Below are positions 25,982-39,639 of a stretch of DNA of 63,772 nucleotides, piece by piece; positions within the stretch are counted from its first letter, which is position 1, and the number at the start of each line of letters is the position of its first letter. The position numbers were made by a program, and so were the translations under genes. Source of the DNA: Paraspadella gotoi (lineage: Eukaryota > Animalia > Chaetognatha); NCBI GenBank assembly GCA_051294375.1, contig CM119268.1, positions 23,160,056 to 23,223,827 of the forward strand, given 5' to 3'. The notes beneath the pieces were generated by a model, which saw only the letters and a list, made by a program, of their open reading frames with translations, made no database searches and had not been told where the DNA came from.

Positions 25982-26311
25982 AGAGAGGAAGAGAAAGCGG
26001 GCCGAGAGAGAGATGAAGAGAGAGAGGAGAGAGAGAGGAGAAAGAGAGGGAAATTATCTGTGTGGTAGATTTGAAGTCAATAAGTCCCAGAAATTTTTCC
26101 ATGTTGGTGTCACCTTGCGGAATTCAAGAATAAGCTCTCCAGTCATCTTCTTCTCCATTCCTTCTTCTTTGCCTCCCTTCCCTCTCTCACTCTCTCTTCT
26201 TCCTCTCTCTCTTTCTCCTCCTCCTTCCCTCTCTCCCTCCTCTGCTCCCTCTCTCCCTCCTCCCTCTCCCTCTTCCCCTTCCTCCTTCTCCCTCTCTCCC
26301 TCTCCATCTCA

Positions 26312-27577
26312 CCTGAACCGAATCCAAAACCAGTTATTTCTTTTCGATAAAACGATTTTCAGTTTCCTCGACGCAGAAGAGACGATGCCCTAACGGCATT
26401 TCCGCAGTATCTGCAGAATCGCCTATGCCACGCCCCCCCTTTTCTGCTGGTTTTGATTTCGGTATCCAGATACTGCGAGATGCTGCGATACCGCCGATGC
26501 CGAAAACATACGAAATTCTTTTTTTTTTTCGGTCTGACGGATAAAGGAGGAAATTGAAGGAGACGAGTTGATGCTTACGGGGATAAGGAGGAAGAAGAGG
26601 AGGAGGAAGAGGAAGAAGAGGAGGAGGGGAAGAAGGAAGGGGAGGAAGAGAGGGAGAAGGGGGAGGAGGAATGAAAAAAAGGTGGAAAAGAATTTTGACC
26701 TGAGAGGAAAAATATTAAGGAAAAAGATAAAGAAAGAGGAAACGACAGAATAAAAAAAAATGATCGAGTTGTGAGTTGTGAGGGGATGTATAACAAAATA
26801 AGAATAAGGATTAGCTACTAAAGAGAATAATACTTGGTCATAAAAAGAAATGGATTAATGATAAACCAAAGAAGGGAAAAAAATAAAAGGGAAAAGAAAA
26901 GAAAACTGTTAATTAAAATCTCATCTAAATAACTAAAAGAAACTCACTCGGTTAATATATAACCAAATATTTTCAACCTTTAATCTTTTCTACGCTTAAT
27001 TGTATGTACTTTAAATCCTATCCGCCAAATAAATCTTTTTACTCGCAAATGTTCTCATCCGGACATCTTTTAAACTTTGAATATTCTCAACCAAATGCTC
27101 TACCCAATAATCTCAACCTTATTAACAAAATCATCTTTATTCAAATAGTCTCAATCCTATATCTTCTCTACAATAAATCTTCTCAATTTTAAATCTTCTC
27201 AACCTTAAATCCTACTAACCAAATCTTCTCTTAATCCAAATCTTCTCAACCGTAAATTCTCTCAACTCTAAATCTTCTCAACATCAAAGCTTATATTTCA
27301 AATCCTCTTCTAAATCCTTCAAATCCTAAATCTTTTCTACACTAAATTTTCTCAAACTTAAATCTTCTGTACATTAAATCTTCTCGACCCTAAATCTTCT
27401 CAACCGAAAATCCTCACAACCAAATTCGGAAAAAAACCTTTCTGAATCTCAAACCGAAAACCCCACATGGAAATTGTGATGCAAATGTCGTCTGTACTTA
27501 AGCCTGGAGGGAGAAAGAGGAATACATCAACTCGATAGCATTCGAGCCACAAGGCGAAACAAAAACTTATTCGAGAG

Positions 27578-27616
<39 letters not shown>

Positions 27617-28482
27617 AAGAGAGAGAGAGAGATCACAAAACAAGGGCACCTCATTTCTAGTGTGGGTACGTTCACTCCATCTCATGTTTTTACTTTCATC
27701 TCTACTCCTTCCCGGTTGCTTTCCCTCGCATTGCTTTTAAGTCGCCACGCCTATGAGCACGTAACCTTCAGATCGTGACCCGTTGGCTCNNNNNNNNNNN
27801 NNNNNNNNNNNNNNAGAGAGTGAGATGAGAGAGAGAGAGAGATAGAGTGATAGAGAGAGAGAGAGAAGAGAGGAGAGAGGAGAGAAGAGAGAGAAGAGAG
27901 AGAAGGAGAAGAGAGAGAGAGAGAGAGATGAGATCACAAAACAAGGGCACCTCATTTCTAGTGTGGGTACGTTCACTCCATTCTTCATGCCTTTTTACTT
28001 TCATCTCTACCTCCTTCCGGTTGCTTTCCCTCGCATTGCTTTAAGTTCGCCACGCCTATGAGCACGTAACCTTCAGTCGTGACCCGTTGGCTCATCGAGT
28101 AATACCATCAGCTCATGACAATTAGATACCAGGATCGATCATCAATGGACCCTACCCTGCGGGAAGCGTGAGGACGGCCGTAAACGGCCTTGGGGGCGTG
28201 GAAAACCCTTCAGCTTGGACCCGTTACATGCCTGGTAGAGGGGGTTAACGAAGTTGCGGTTAGGTGTTTTCGGTCCACTTTGCGCCGAATACACGGCCCT
28301 ACCTAATTCTGTCTCTCACCATTGAAGCCTCACCACCCTGACCCCGGGGGTCACCCACCCTTCAACCCCCCACTTCACCACCCAAAGGGCGCCCTCTCTC
28401 CATTCATCACCATCCAACGCGTCAAATATACTAGACGCGTTTTTCACCCTTCGAGTCGAATGTGGAGGAGAAGGGAGAACAT

Positions 28483-28520
<38 letters not shown>

Positions 28521-29152
28521 CTCTCTCTTCTTCTCTCTCTCTCCTCTCTCTCTCTCTCTCTAGATTTGCGGCCCCGAAAAGCAAAGGACGAGAGTGTTTG
28601 CAGTCCGGGTAGAAACTTTGGATGAAGATCACCGAATTATTTGTTGCAAAATTTGCAGGATATGCGGATTCACAGAAGCGGAGAAAAATGAACCTGAGAG
28701 AGAGAGAGAGAGAGAACACACAGAGATTTGCACAATCCAACTTTTTGGTACGACGACTTGCCGTGTGCCTCGTGTAGCCCGCCTCAAGCTTGACCGCCGT
28801 CCGCGCATGGAGGACCGTCGTCCTCACACGTCCTGCTGACGCCTCCGGAAGTGGGCGTGGCCGCGTTCTAAAATAGCGCACGTTGCGCGTGCGCCGAAAG
28901 GCGTCGGCTATCGCCGTGATGGGAGTAATCGTGTCGAGGCTGTCTCACCCCGAGTGTGGTCGAAGGGTATGGACCACAAGTCCGATCACGAGTTACTGAC
29001 GGAGGAAATCCGACCAACGAGCGCATCCACAAGTCTCTGAGCGTGCGGTATGGCTCACAATGGAGCTCCTGTCTGAAACGGTATCAGAAAGGGTGACGTC
29101 TGACGAAGGTCCTGGGCCTCGTAAAAGGCAGTTTGGTGACGGGCGGAAAGTC
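26312..29152 (-). CDS. Possible CUB-like exons, frameshifted; span approximate
   Basis: After the CAG at about 28232, fragments ACNGSKLKG..PQGRL...FPQG and, in another frame, WYLIV. At 26312-26530, QYLDTEI...RYCGNAV and RKLKIVLS ending at GTGAG. Loose CUB resemblance only. Confidence 0.3.
27170..27425. repeat. Degenerate tandem repeat of about 15 bp (TAAATCTTCTCAACC)
   Basis: AAATCTTCTC recurs more than ten times with variants. Confidence 0.8.
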
Positions 29153-29160
29153 CTAAGTAT

Positions 29161-31251
29161 TAGACCTTTGCCATATATGAAAAGTTTTTGAAATCTAAAA
29201 AACGAAGTATTGTGTAAAAGGTGCCCATAAACATCATATGAATTTTTTGAACCATTTTTTTTCAAAAAAAAAATTTTACAGTAAATGCTGCCAACTTGAA
29301 AAAAATTTTGAAAAAAAAAAAGTAAAAAAATGGGACTTCTTGCTAAATCATCTTTAAAAACTTTATATTGCTAGAGGGACGAAACCCAAACTAATCTTGT
29401 AGATGGAAAAATGACTATGTTACATACCTCGCATTATAAAATTAATTAGTTTTTTCTAAGAAAATTTTTTTTAAAACTATTGTGTTTGGGCATTTTTGAT
29501 AAAATGTTTTAAAAAAAATGATATTTTTAACAATGTTGTGAAATATTTTGTAAAAAAAAATTAGGCGAATTGAATAAAGAAATAAATGCCTTATGTTTTT
29601 GTGAAAGAATTTTTAAAAAAGGATTATCGGTTAAAAGTTATATAATTTTTTAAATTTAAAAAAAAATCATTTTCTTAATAATTAATTTTTATTTAATAGG
29701 TGTTGAACTAGGCTAAAGGGAAAAGAGGGAATGCCACTTTTTCAGAGTAAATAAAAAAATAGTAAATTCTTATTTTGACGAATAGGGTAACTTTAATATT
29801 TGGTCTCACTAGGTCATTAAAGTTTTTTTTAAACTTTTATATATTTATAATGGAATTATGGTTTTAAATAAGGTAGTTTTTTTATAATTTTTTTCTATAT
29901 AAAGTAAAAAGAAAAAATTAACAAAGCGATATAAATGATTAAAAATTGGATAAAAATGAAGACAAAAAAGCATATTGAGGAAGAGTGCTGCTGTTTACCG
30001 ATCGACGAAAAAAAAGTCATCATCTAGAGTGCCAAAGAAAGAAAACTAGTTATTCTATTTTTTTCAATTAAATTACCTTTGTCAAGCAGTTTCTCCAGAA
30101 ACTGAGTTGAAATTATAATTTGTGTTAAAATATATTGCTATAATCAAAAGTTGTAAAGATTTGGAAAAATATTAAGCTGCTTGATAAATTTTAGAATAGG
30201 AATCCAACCTTGTTGATAAATTCATCACTATAAAAAGATATGAAATGAATAAAAATCAAAAGATGAAATTAAAATAATATTTCAAAACTAAATCGACTAT
30301 TTACAGATAGACTAATTATTAAGCTATAAATCATGAATAGAAAACAAAAAATAGAATAACTAGTTTTCTTTCTTTGGCACTTACCTTTTTTCTTCTCGAC
30401 TGGCAAGCAGCAAGCAACTCTTTTCTCAGTTATTTAACTTTCATAATTATTACTCTTTTTGTCTCATTTTATCAATTTTTTAATATTTTAATCGCTTTTA
30501 GTTCAATTTTTCTTTTCTTTTATATAGAAAAAAATTAAAAAAACTACTTATTTAAAAGTCATAATTCCATTATAAAATAATAAAAATTTAAAACACAAAA
30601 CTTTAATGACCTGGTGAGACAAAATATTTAAAGTACCTATTGTCAAATAAGAATTTACTATTTTTTTATTTAACTCTGAAAAAAGTGCTTCCTTTTCCCT
30701 TTAGCCTAGTTCAAACCTATTAAAATAAAAATAATATATTAGCAAAAGTGAATTTTTAAATTTTTAAAAAAATTATAACTTTTTAACCGATAAATCCTTT
30801 TTAAAAATTCTTTCAGCAAAACAAAGGCAAATTATTTCTTATTCAATTCGCCATAATTTTTTTTTTTTACAAAATATTTCATCAACATTGTTAAAAATTA
30901 TTATTTTTTAAAATTTATCCAAAAAATTGAACCAAAACAAATAGTTTTTAAAAAATTTTCCTTAGTAAAAAACTAACTTAAATTTATAATACGAGGTAGT
31001 AACATAGTCAATTTTTTCCACTCTACAAGATAGTTTGGGTTTTCGTCCCTCTGAGCAATAAAGCTTTTAAAGATATTTAGCAAAAAGTCCATTTTTTACC
31101 ATTTTTTTTCATTTTTTTCAAAGTTGGGCAAGCATTTACTGTAAATTTTTTTTTGAAAAAAAATGTTCAAAAAAATTCATATGATGTATGGGCACCTATT
31201 TACACCAATACTCGTTTTTGATTTCAAACTTTTCATATATGGCAAGGTCTA
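29161..31251. mobile_element. Non-autonomous hAT-like foldback DNA transposon
   Basis: Termini TAGACC...GGTCTA. Inverted arms of about 900 bp (29161-30063 and 30346-31251) around an AT-rich spacer of about 280 bp. Exact 8-bp TSD CTAAGTAT at 29153-29160 and 31252-31259. No transposase ORF. Confidence 0.85.
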
Positions 31252-31815
31252 CTAAGTATCTACATGGCCAGAATATCTGGTAGAAAAAGAATAGGAAAGG
31301 AGTGTAATCTCCTAAAGAAAGAAAAAAGACATCTATCGGCGAAAACGGTAAATAACAAAGGCAAACCAAAATAAATGGGGAAAAGGGGGACATATCTCTA
31401 CACTTTTGCTCGCCTAAGCTATCGGCTGCACAGATTTTAAAGGAGATTTTTTCTTTTATAAAAACTGTTACAAAATTTTATATAAAAATATATTTTTGTC
31501 GTCGTCGTTGTCGTTTCCACATCGCATTCCGATATCCAAAAAACCTTTAGAAGCTTTTGACCTCTCTCTCTCTCTCTCTCTTACTTCTCTCTCTCTCATC
31601 TCTTCTCTCTCTCTCTCTCTCTCTCCTTTAACAATTCTCTATATTTTCCATTTTCTCTCCATTTTTACCATTTTTCAATTCATTCCGACACAAATATTTC
31701 TTTTTTTCTATCGCATAAAACTACGACAACAACAACAACAACAATAACAAAAACAGTATTGAGTTTTTATGTCATCCCAATCCTTTTCCATCCTATCTCA
31801 TTACCATCTTATCTT

Positions 31816-31935
31816 ATCTCATCTCTTTGCCGTCTCATCTCTTTGCCATCTCATCTCTTTGCCATATCATCTCTTTGCCATCTCATCTCTTTGCCATCGC
31901 ATCTCTTTGCCGTCTCATCTCTTTGCCATCTCATC
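31816..31935. repeat. 16-bp minisatellite TCTCATCTCTTTGCC(A/G), about 7 copies
   Basis: Read directly from the sequence. Confidence 0.9.
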
Positions 31936-32322
31936 GAAGACTCTCCGATCCCCTGATCCTATGCCCCGGCTCCTAAAATCCCCAACTCCCTTTCCCTTGC
32001 TCCTCTTCTCTCCGCTCCCTCCGCCCCTTATCCAAGTTTATCCCCTGCTCCTTCTCCCCTGCCCCTGTCATCCCTTCCTCTTCTCTTACTCCTCAATCCT
32101 TGATCCGTGCCCCTCTTTCCCTTACTGCTAATCCCCTGCTCCCCGCTACTTATCCCTGTGCTGTTTTTACTACTTTAATCCCCTGCTCCTCAACTCCTAC
32201 TCCTGATCCCCTGCTCCTCTTTTCTCGCCATCGAGTTTCGACGCAGAAGAAACAATTATGTCGAAGGTCAGTTCGTTGTTGTTGTTGTTGTTGTTATCGT
32301 AATCGTATTCTCCGTCGCCAAT

Positions 32323-32359
<37 letters not shown>

Positions 32360-35130
32360 TCTTCATCGTCATTGTCGATTTCTCATCGTCTTGGTCGTTG
32401 TTGTCTTTGACAACATCGGCTTCATTGTTCAAGTTAGTCTTTGTCGTCAACCTCCATATATCGTCTTGATCGTCATTTTATAATCGTCATTGTCGGGATT
32501 TTTGTCTTGGTCATGATTGTTGTTTTGGTCGTCATTGTCGTCGTCGTCTTCATCATGGTCATCTTCATCGTCATCATCGTCGTTGTCTTCATCATCGTCA
32601 TCTTCATCATCATCGTCGTCGTCGTCGTCGTCGCCCTTGCCCGAGGTAAATGGCCGACCTCGAGACAGAAGAGAAATTCTGGGAAATTGGCAGAGGATAA
32701 AGGGAGGAAGAGGAGGAGGAGGAGGAAGAGGAGAAGGAGGGGGAGGGGGAGGAAGAGAAAGAGGAGGAAGAAGAGGAAGATGAGAAGGAGGAAGAGAAAG
32801 GGGGAAGAGGTAGAGGAAGAGAAGGAAGTGGAAGGTNNNNNNNNNNNNNNNNNNNNNNNNNAGGGTTGCGCAAGGGAAGAGGAGGACGAGGAGAGGGATT
32901 GGGACGGTAGAGGAAGACCAGGAAGCGGGCAAGAGGGAAGAGGAAAGAAATGTAATCCTTCCATGAGGAAGAGGAGGAGGAGGAAAGAAGGGTAGGTGAA
33001 AGAGAAAATGGGAAGGAGGAGGAGGAGAGAGGAGGGAAGAGTAGAAAAGAGGGATAGAGGAAGGAGAGAAGAAGGAGGAGAAGGGAAAGAGAGAGAGGAA
33101 TATGAGGAAGAGGAGAGGTTATCAGGAAGATAGAAGTTCCAACGACTCTGATTGGCGAGGTCCAAGTTCAGATCAGGATCTCGGAAGAGGAGATGGAGAA
33201 ACTTTAGGCAGTCTGTGTTTACTATGGTCGACGCGAAACCTGGCAAAGAGAACGAAATAATCGAGGCAACAGGCGTAAGTGAGTAAGGAAAAACGGTAAG
33301 GTTTATTTGTGTCGGTCGTTTGTTGTTGTTGTGCTCTATTCTCATAGAATTTCTTCTTACGAAATCTGTATTTCTGAATAAAGTTCGACTTCTGATTTGA
33401 ACGAGAAATCGAGTTTTAGCGTGACTAATTATAATTATTTTGAGATAAGTAGAGATGAGAATGAGAGAGAGGAGAGATCGTAGAGAGAGAGAGAGGATGA
33501 GAGAGGGAGTTGTGAGAGTGAGAGGATGAGAAGAGAGGTAGAAAATCTTACAATCTGTACGGAAGAGGAAGGAGGAAGAAGAGGAGGAGGAAGGGGAAGA
33601 GGAGGAATATGAGGAAGAGGAGGAGGTAGAGAAGAAAGAAGTTCCACGACTCTGATTCGATCCAGTTCAGCTCAGGACTCAAGAGAGAGAGAGAACTTTG
33701 GCAGTCGTTACTATGGCGACGGAAACGCGGAAAGAGACGAAATAATCGAGGGTAAGTTAGAAAGAGAAAAGGTAAGGATTTGTTGTCGTCGTTGTTGTTG
33801 TTGTTCTCTTTCTCATGAATTTCTTCTTACGAGAATCGATTTCGAAAAAGTTCGACTCGATTTGAACGAGAAATCGATTTAGCGTGAAATATTTTGAGAN
33901 NNNNNNNNNNNNNNNNNNNNNNNNNNNNNNNNNNNNNNNNNNNNNNNNNNNNNNNNNNNNNNNNNNNNNNNNNNNNNNNNNNNNNNNNNNNNNNNNNNNN
34001 NNNNNNNNNNNNNNNNNNNNNNNNNNNNNNNNNNNNNNNNNNNNNNNNNNNNNNNNNNNNNNNNNNNNNNNNNNNNNNNNNNNNNNNNNNNNNNNNNNNN
34101 NNNNNNNNNNNNNNNNNNNNNNNNNNNNNNNNNNNNNNNNNNNNNNNNNNNNNNNNNNNNNNNNNNNNNNNNNNNNNNNNNNNNNNNNNNNNNNNNNNNN
34201 NNNNNNNNNNNNNNNNNNNNNNNNNNNNNNNNNNNNNNNNNNNNNNNNNNNNNNNNNNNNNNNNNNNNNNNNNNNNNNNNNNNNNNNNNNNNNNNNNNNN
34301 NNNNNNNNNNNNNNNNNNNNNNNNNNNNNNNNNNNNNNNNNNNNNNNNNNNNNNNNNNNNNNNNNNNNNNNNNNNNNNNNNNNNNNNNNNNNNNNNNNNN
34401 NNNNNNNNNNNNNNNNNNNNNNNNNNNNNNNNNNNNNNNNNNNNNNNNNNNNNNNNNNNNNNNNNNNNNNNNNNNNNNNNNNNNNNNNNNNNNNNNNNNN
34501 NNNNNNNNNNNNNNNNNNNNNNNNNNNNNNNNNNNNNNNNNNNNNNNNNNNNNNNNNNNNNNNNNNNNNNNNNNNNNNNNNNNNNNNNNNNNNNNNNNNN
34601 NNNNNNNNNNNNNNNNNNNNNNNNNNNNNNNNNNNNNNNNNNNNNNNNNNNNNNNNNNNNNNNNNNNNNNNNNNNNNNNNNNNNNNNNNNNNNNNNNNNN
34701 NNNNNNNNNNNNNNNNNNNNNNNNNNNNNNNNNNNNNNNNNNNNNNNNNNNNNNNNNNNNNNNNNNNNNNNNNNNNNNNNNNNNNNNNNNNNNNNNNNNN
34801 NNNNNNNNNNNNNNNNNNNNNNNTTTCTTTTCTTTTCTTTTCTTTTCTTTTATTTTCTTTTCTCTTTTTATTTCATTTATATTTTCAGATTCAACCTCAA
34901 GAATCATCAATACTTTTAATCATAACAAATTCGCTAAATATTAATTTTTCATCCAAAAATCTTTATTCAATAACAAAAAAATCCCTTTTTATCAAATTTC
35001 GAAAACTTTCTCTGCTACGTCATTCTCCTTTCAATCCCTTTGCCACGTCCTCGACGACAGGCAATCTCTTCTCTCGCCACGGTCCCCGTCTCACGATCCC
35101 CTCTGTCACGGTAGACACGTCAACCCCTTG

Positions 35131-35229
35131 TCACGAATCGGCGCAATTGGCGCAGAAGTTCCCTTCGTTGTCTTTGACGTAAGGTTGGTCACCAATGGAG
35201 CCGCCGCAATTGGAGCAACGGAAGCATTG
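35131..35229 (-). CDS. Three-LIM-only protein, last exon (clean copy; noisy copy at about 43655-43790)
   Basis: 99 nt after CAG. Translates QCFRCSNCGGSIGDQPYVKDNEGNFCANCADS-TGA and completes LIM3 in phase with exon 4. Confidence 0.88.
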   Translation of the reverse strand, partial: QCFRCSNCGGSIGDQPYVKDNEGNFCANCADS

Positions 35230-35265
35230 CTGATTGTGGAGGTCGGATAGAGAGAGAATCAATCG

Positions 35266-35298
<33 letters not shown>

Positions 35299-35519
35299 GA
35301 AGAAAACAAACAATTGAAAATTTTAAAAAGCTGCAAATTAAAGCAGAATATAAAAAAAAACAAACAACTAAAAGATAAACCAAAAAAAAAAAATCTGAAC
35401 ATAAACAAATAAGAATACAACAGAACAGAAAACAAAGGTTTAAAAATTGTTTCGAATGCCCTCCCCCCCCTTCTCCATCTGTCTGCCTCCCTTTTCTCCT
35501 TCCCTTCCCCACAATGCCC

Positions 35520-36800
35520 TTACTGGACTTCGACTGTCAGACCCTAGATCAACACTACATGCCAACCACTTGAACATTGTGACAAAATATCGCAGCACCA
35601 ATCAGTCTGAAAGCACTCAAAGCTCCAGACCTTTGGCAAGGAGATTGGCTCTATGTCCTAGCTTTCCCGCTATGGACAGTATCCCTTAAATGACACTAGA
35701 AGCAAACTGAACAGAGGGGCTAGTGGCAGTGTAGCTGGCACCCATGTTAATCAGTGCCATGCAAACATGGGTAAGACCAATAACAGAGACAAATGATTGC
35801 ACTCCTACCACCAGTTGATCTCACACATAGGGAAATAAAAATACCAGATAATCAACTTCATTCTAATTACGATGAAGCCCCAGACTAGACTTAAAGAAAA
35901 ACAAACATAGGGACCACGACCGATTAGAAGAAAGCGCAAAACAATTGAAATAGGGGATCATCTCAATAGGTCCACATTCGTCGTGATGACAGGGGGCCTT
36001 TTTTTGTGATTGAGGACTGACGGTCACCGTCTCTTAACTCGGAATCAGTACAAAAGCTTATTGAGTGGAAGAATTTCGAAAGCGGATCACTCCCTTCACG
36101 GCCTGACCTACAATTAGATAGTTTGTGGCCAAAAGCTTCAATCGCATATCTGCCGCCTTACCACTACAATTGCTTCCCATCATATTAGGCCTAGGCCGTA
36201 CCGAGGCCATTACACCAATTAAAGTGCGCTTAGCACTGGTTTTCTCGTTTTAAATCCTAGTGCGATTATGAGAAATATCAAAGGCAGTCCAAAGCTCAAC
36301 AAACCCCCATGCATGAAGACCCAGCTTCCACTTCACCCCCTCCCCCCTCACGCCCGTGTACCTAGAGAAATCGTAGGAAATAACATCTGAGCTCACGTTC
36401 AACTCGATACTCAAACAGACTGGAAGAAGGGAGGCAGCCCTGCAGTCCATTAAGCCAGCCAGGGTCCCCATGGAGCGGCCCTGGCCATCAAGCAGCCGCC
36501 ACGAAATTTGGAACGCGGCGTCGTCGCGCTCGCCCATCATCGACGTTGAATGAACTCATGGAGTGCGTGATGCACGGACGCGACCCAAATCAACGTCGAC
36601 TCAATCCGTAGCGTCAGACATAAGAAAATGAAGAACGTTTCTACCGTCTCGCAAAAAAATTACTAAAAGAAAAAAACAGTAACGCCCACCCGTATAACAC
36701 TCACCGCTTCTAGTTCTCTTCATTCGCTTGATAATCCATATATCTCTAAAAACTTGACTCTGATCATCTGCCAAATCATCCACCTGATCCATCACCGATT
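35520..36800 (-). mobile_element. Possible degraded non-LTR retrotransposon reverse-transcriptase remnant
   Basis: Microsatellite-free block of balanced composition. FVELWTAFDISH at about 36270-36305 resembles the RT motif F(L/V)DxxxAFDxVxH, and a DPLS lies about 200 nt downstream. No YADD recognised. Confidence 0.3.
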
Positions 36801-39639
36801 ATATTTGATATTAATTGTGATTTATTGTAACCTGATTTATTTTTTTTTGGATTACTTCATGATTACATTCCGTTTGCATCCACAATTTCTCCCTGTATTT
36901 GTTTTACGGTAACCCTCAAGGCTGTCATTACCATTCCACCTTTTTTTTTCTCCCTCCTCCATGATTTCGTTTTGTATTTGTCTATTCCCCCCCCGCTCGA
37001 TTGATTGTCCCCCCCACCCTCTCTCGTTCTCTCTCTCTCCTTACCGTCTCGGCGACATGCACGCTCCGAGCACGGTTAAGTACACTCACCACGCACCACC
37101 ACGATGACGTCTCACGCCATTCAGGGCCTGATACGCCATCTCGGCCCAAAGACCAAAGGGCACGAAACGAACCGATAGGATTTCGCCATTCATTGCACCG
37201 TTTCGCACTCATTTCTCCTCATTCCTCCTCCCCCTCCTACCCGGAGACTCCAGGCTGAGTCCAGAGTTTAGGTTTTTTCGATTCACGCTTTTCCCTCTCC
37301 TTTCTCGCTCACGTCCCTTCCCGTTCAGTCTCTGTCTACCATTTTTTTTACCGCCCAATTTAGCCGCTACCATTATATTTCCTTTCCCACCCATTCCCCC
37401 GTCTTACTTTACCCTAGATTTCCGTCAACTTACCGACCTGTATTTTAGAGCGGAAAAATGAGTAAAAAGAAGAATAAATAAAAAAGAAAAGAAGGAATTG
37501 AATTAAAAGTATAATTGAATGAATTGATTATAATATACTTCAAAAGAGGAAAGGGAAACAACATATTTAAGGAGGAACTTTAATGGCCGCAAAAGGAATG
37601 AATAAACTTTCCTTTTTATCTCTTTCTGACTTTCGTTTTCAATTAAATGAATTTTTCTTCGGAAAATACATTAAACAGAACCGATTATCGTTATTTATAA
37701 ACAAAAAACAAAACAAACAAAACACAGTTTTTCGAAGTTACAATGAAAATTTAAGTTTGAAGTCATTAAACTAAAAAAAATAAGTGAAACTAAACAGTCA
37801 ACTTTAATGAGTTACCGGCAATATGCAATGTTTTATGTTGTTTTTTTTTTTTCTCTGGTGCAATGCAACGCCTGGCTTCTGCCGGCTTATGAGTGGAGTC
37901 ATTGGACGGAGAGAGAAGAGAGAGACGAGAGAGAGAGAGATGAGAGAGAGAGTCTAGGATAGATGAGAGAGAGAGAGAAGAGTTGGAGAGAGAGAGAGAG
38001 AAGAGCGAGGAGCGTCCAATAACCCACCTAGCAGTTTGCGAATGAAAGTTATGCGCAAGAGAGAAGAGAGAGAGAGGATGAGGTACCATGAGAAGAGAGA
38101 GACGAGAAGAGAGATGATAGAGAGAGAGACGTAGAGAATGATGTGTGTAGTGTTTGCTTTAAAAACAAGGAATTAATCTCGTTGTACGACGATGGACGTC
38201 GCCCGTCGCCAGAGAGAAAATAAAACGTCGCTGACAATGGAAGGGAAAGTGGAGAGAGGAGGTAAGGGAAGAGGGCGGGAGGGAGCGTGGGAGGAAAGGG
38301 AAGAGGGAGAAGGAGAAAGGAGGAGAGTGGAGAAAGGGAAGAGGTGAGGGAAGACGATTAAGGAGGAAGATGAGGCAACGCAAAACGAACAATTAGAATT
38401 GAGAAATGAACAAAAACTACATCTCGAATGTAATTTGGCGGAGGAGAGAGAGAAGAGAAGAGAGAGAGAGAGGAGAGCAGAGAGAGAGAGAATGGTGAGC
38501 AGAGAGAGAGAGGAGAGAGAGAGATGACGAGAGAGGAATAAATCCTCATTAAGGCGCCAATTAACTTCATCCCCAATTGAGCGCCTTTTCGAGCGCTAAT
38601 CGAGCCTCAATCAAACTCGCCTGGTGCTAAGCGACGGGAATCATTGAGAAGACTAAAATACGCAAATAAAATTGACGAAGCGAAAGAAATTCGAAAACGA
38701 AGATGATGACGACGACCGATTACGACGAAGACGGCCTGACGACGACGACGACAGAATTTGTATTTCAAATCAAAGAAAATTACGCGAAAAAAAACAGAAT
38801 TTCGACACACAAAAAAAAATCAACAATGTAAAAAAATTTAAATCTCAAAGAAAAAACAAATTTGAATTAAAAAAATAGATTAAAAAGAATTTTTCCGTTC
38901 GAAACGAGAACCGATCTTTAAACGGAAATGGATGTTTTTTTTCCTGGAATTTCACTCGTGTACAATGAGCAACGCGGTCCAATGTTGTTGTGATTAATTC
39001 ATACCATTTTGATGAACAGGGAAGAGACTTGAACTCCCCACATCAAATCTTATCTTAACGCTAATCCGTAACCTTAATCTCATTAACCTAATTCTTAATC
39101 CTTAATTCTTTTCCCCGTAACGTAAATTTTAATCTTGATTCTTTAATGCTAATCTTCACCATCCATACTCTTGATCCGTAACGCGAAAGACTTAAATTCT
39201 TAATCTTTCAATCAAAACCGTTCACCGCTGACTCGGGTGACCAGGTTGGTGGTTTAAGGCACTCCATCGAGATAATACTGGCAGGTCCTGCAAAGCTTTC
39301 AATCAAGACACTCTCACAGTCTCTCACAAGTCTCTCACAGTCTCCCAGATTACCCTGCCTCGTGTACAACAATTCAACCTGTCGTTACCCATTTCCATAT
39401 AACTTCCATTCCTAACCTTTAATTCACCGATGGAGCGACTTTAGAAATCTTTACTAGAAATCACGGTCCAAAAATCAAGTTTCTCTTTAAAAGAAACAAA
39501 TGGAAATTCGTCTGCTTAAAACTTCCTTACTTTTTCTTCCTTCTCTGTTATTCTCATTTACGTTAATTTTTTTCCTTTTTATTTTCTTTTTGGTTTATTT
39601 CCTTCGCGTCTTTTGTTTTTTTTTTCTTTCGCTTCCGAA

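Noticed and set aside
29098-29135. Hammerhead-like core CTGACGA followed by a short stem
   Set aside because: The stem is followed by CGTAAA rather than GAAA, and stems I and III could not be built.
32250-32640. Poly-Asp/Thr/Val ORFs from (GTC/ATC)n, also at 46780, 56100-56830 and 60160-60420
   Set aside because: Triplet microsatellites typical of introns throughout this window.
33879-35182. Long ORFs through N gaps (also at 18, 58-60 and 62-63 kb)
   Set aside because: Open only because N translates as X.
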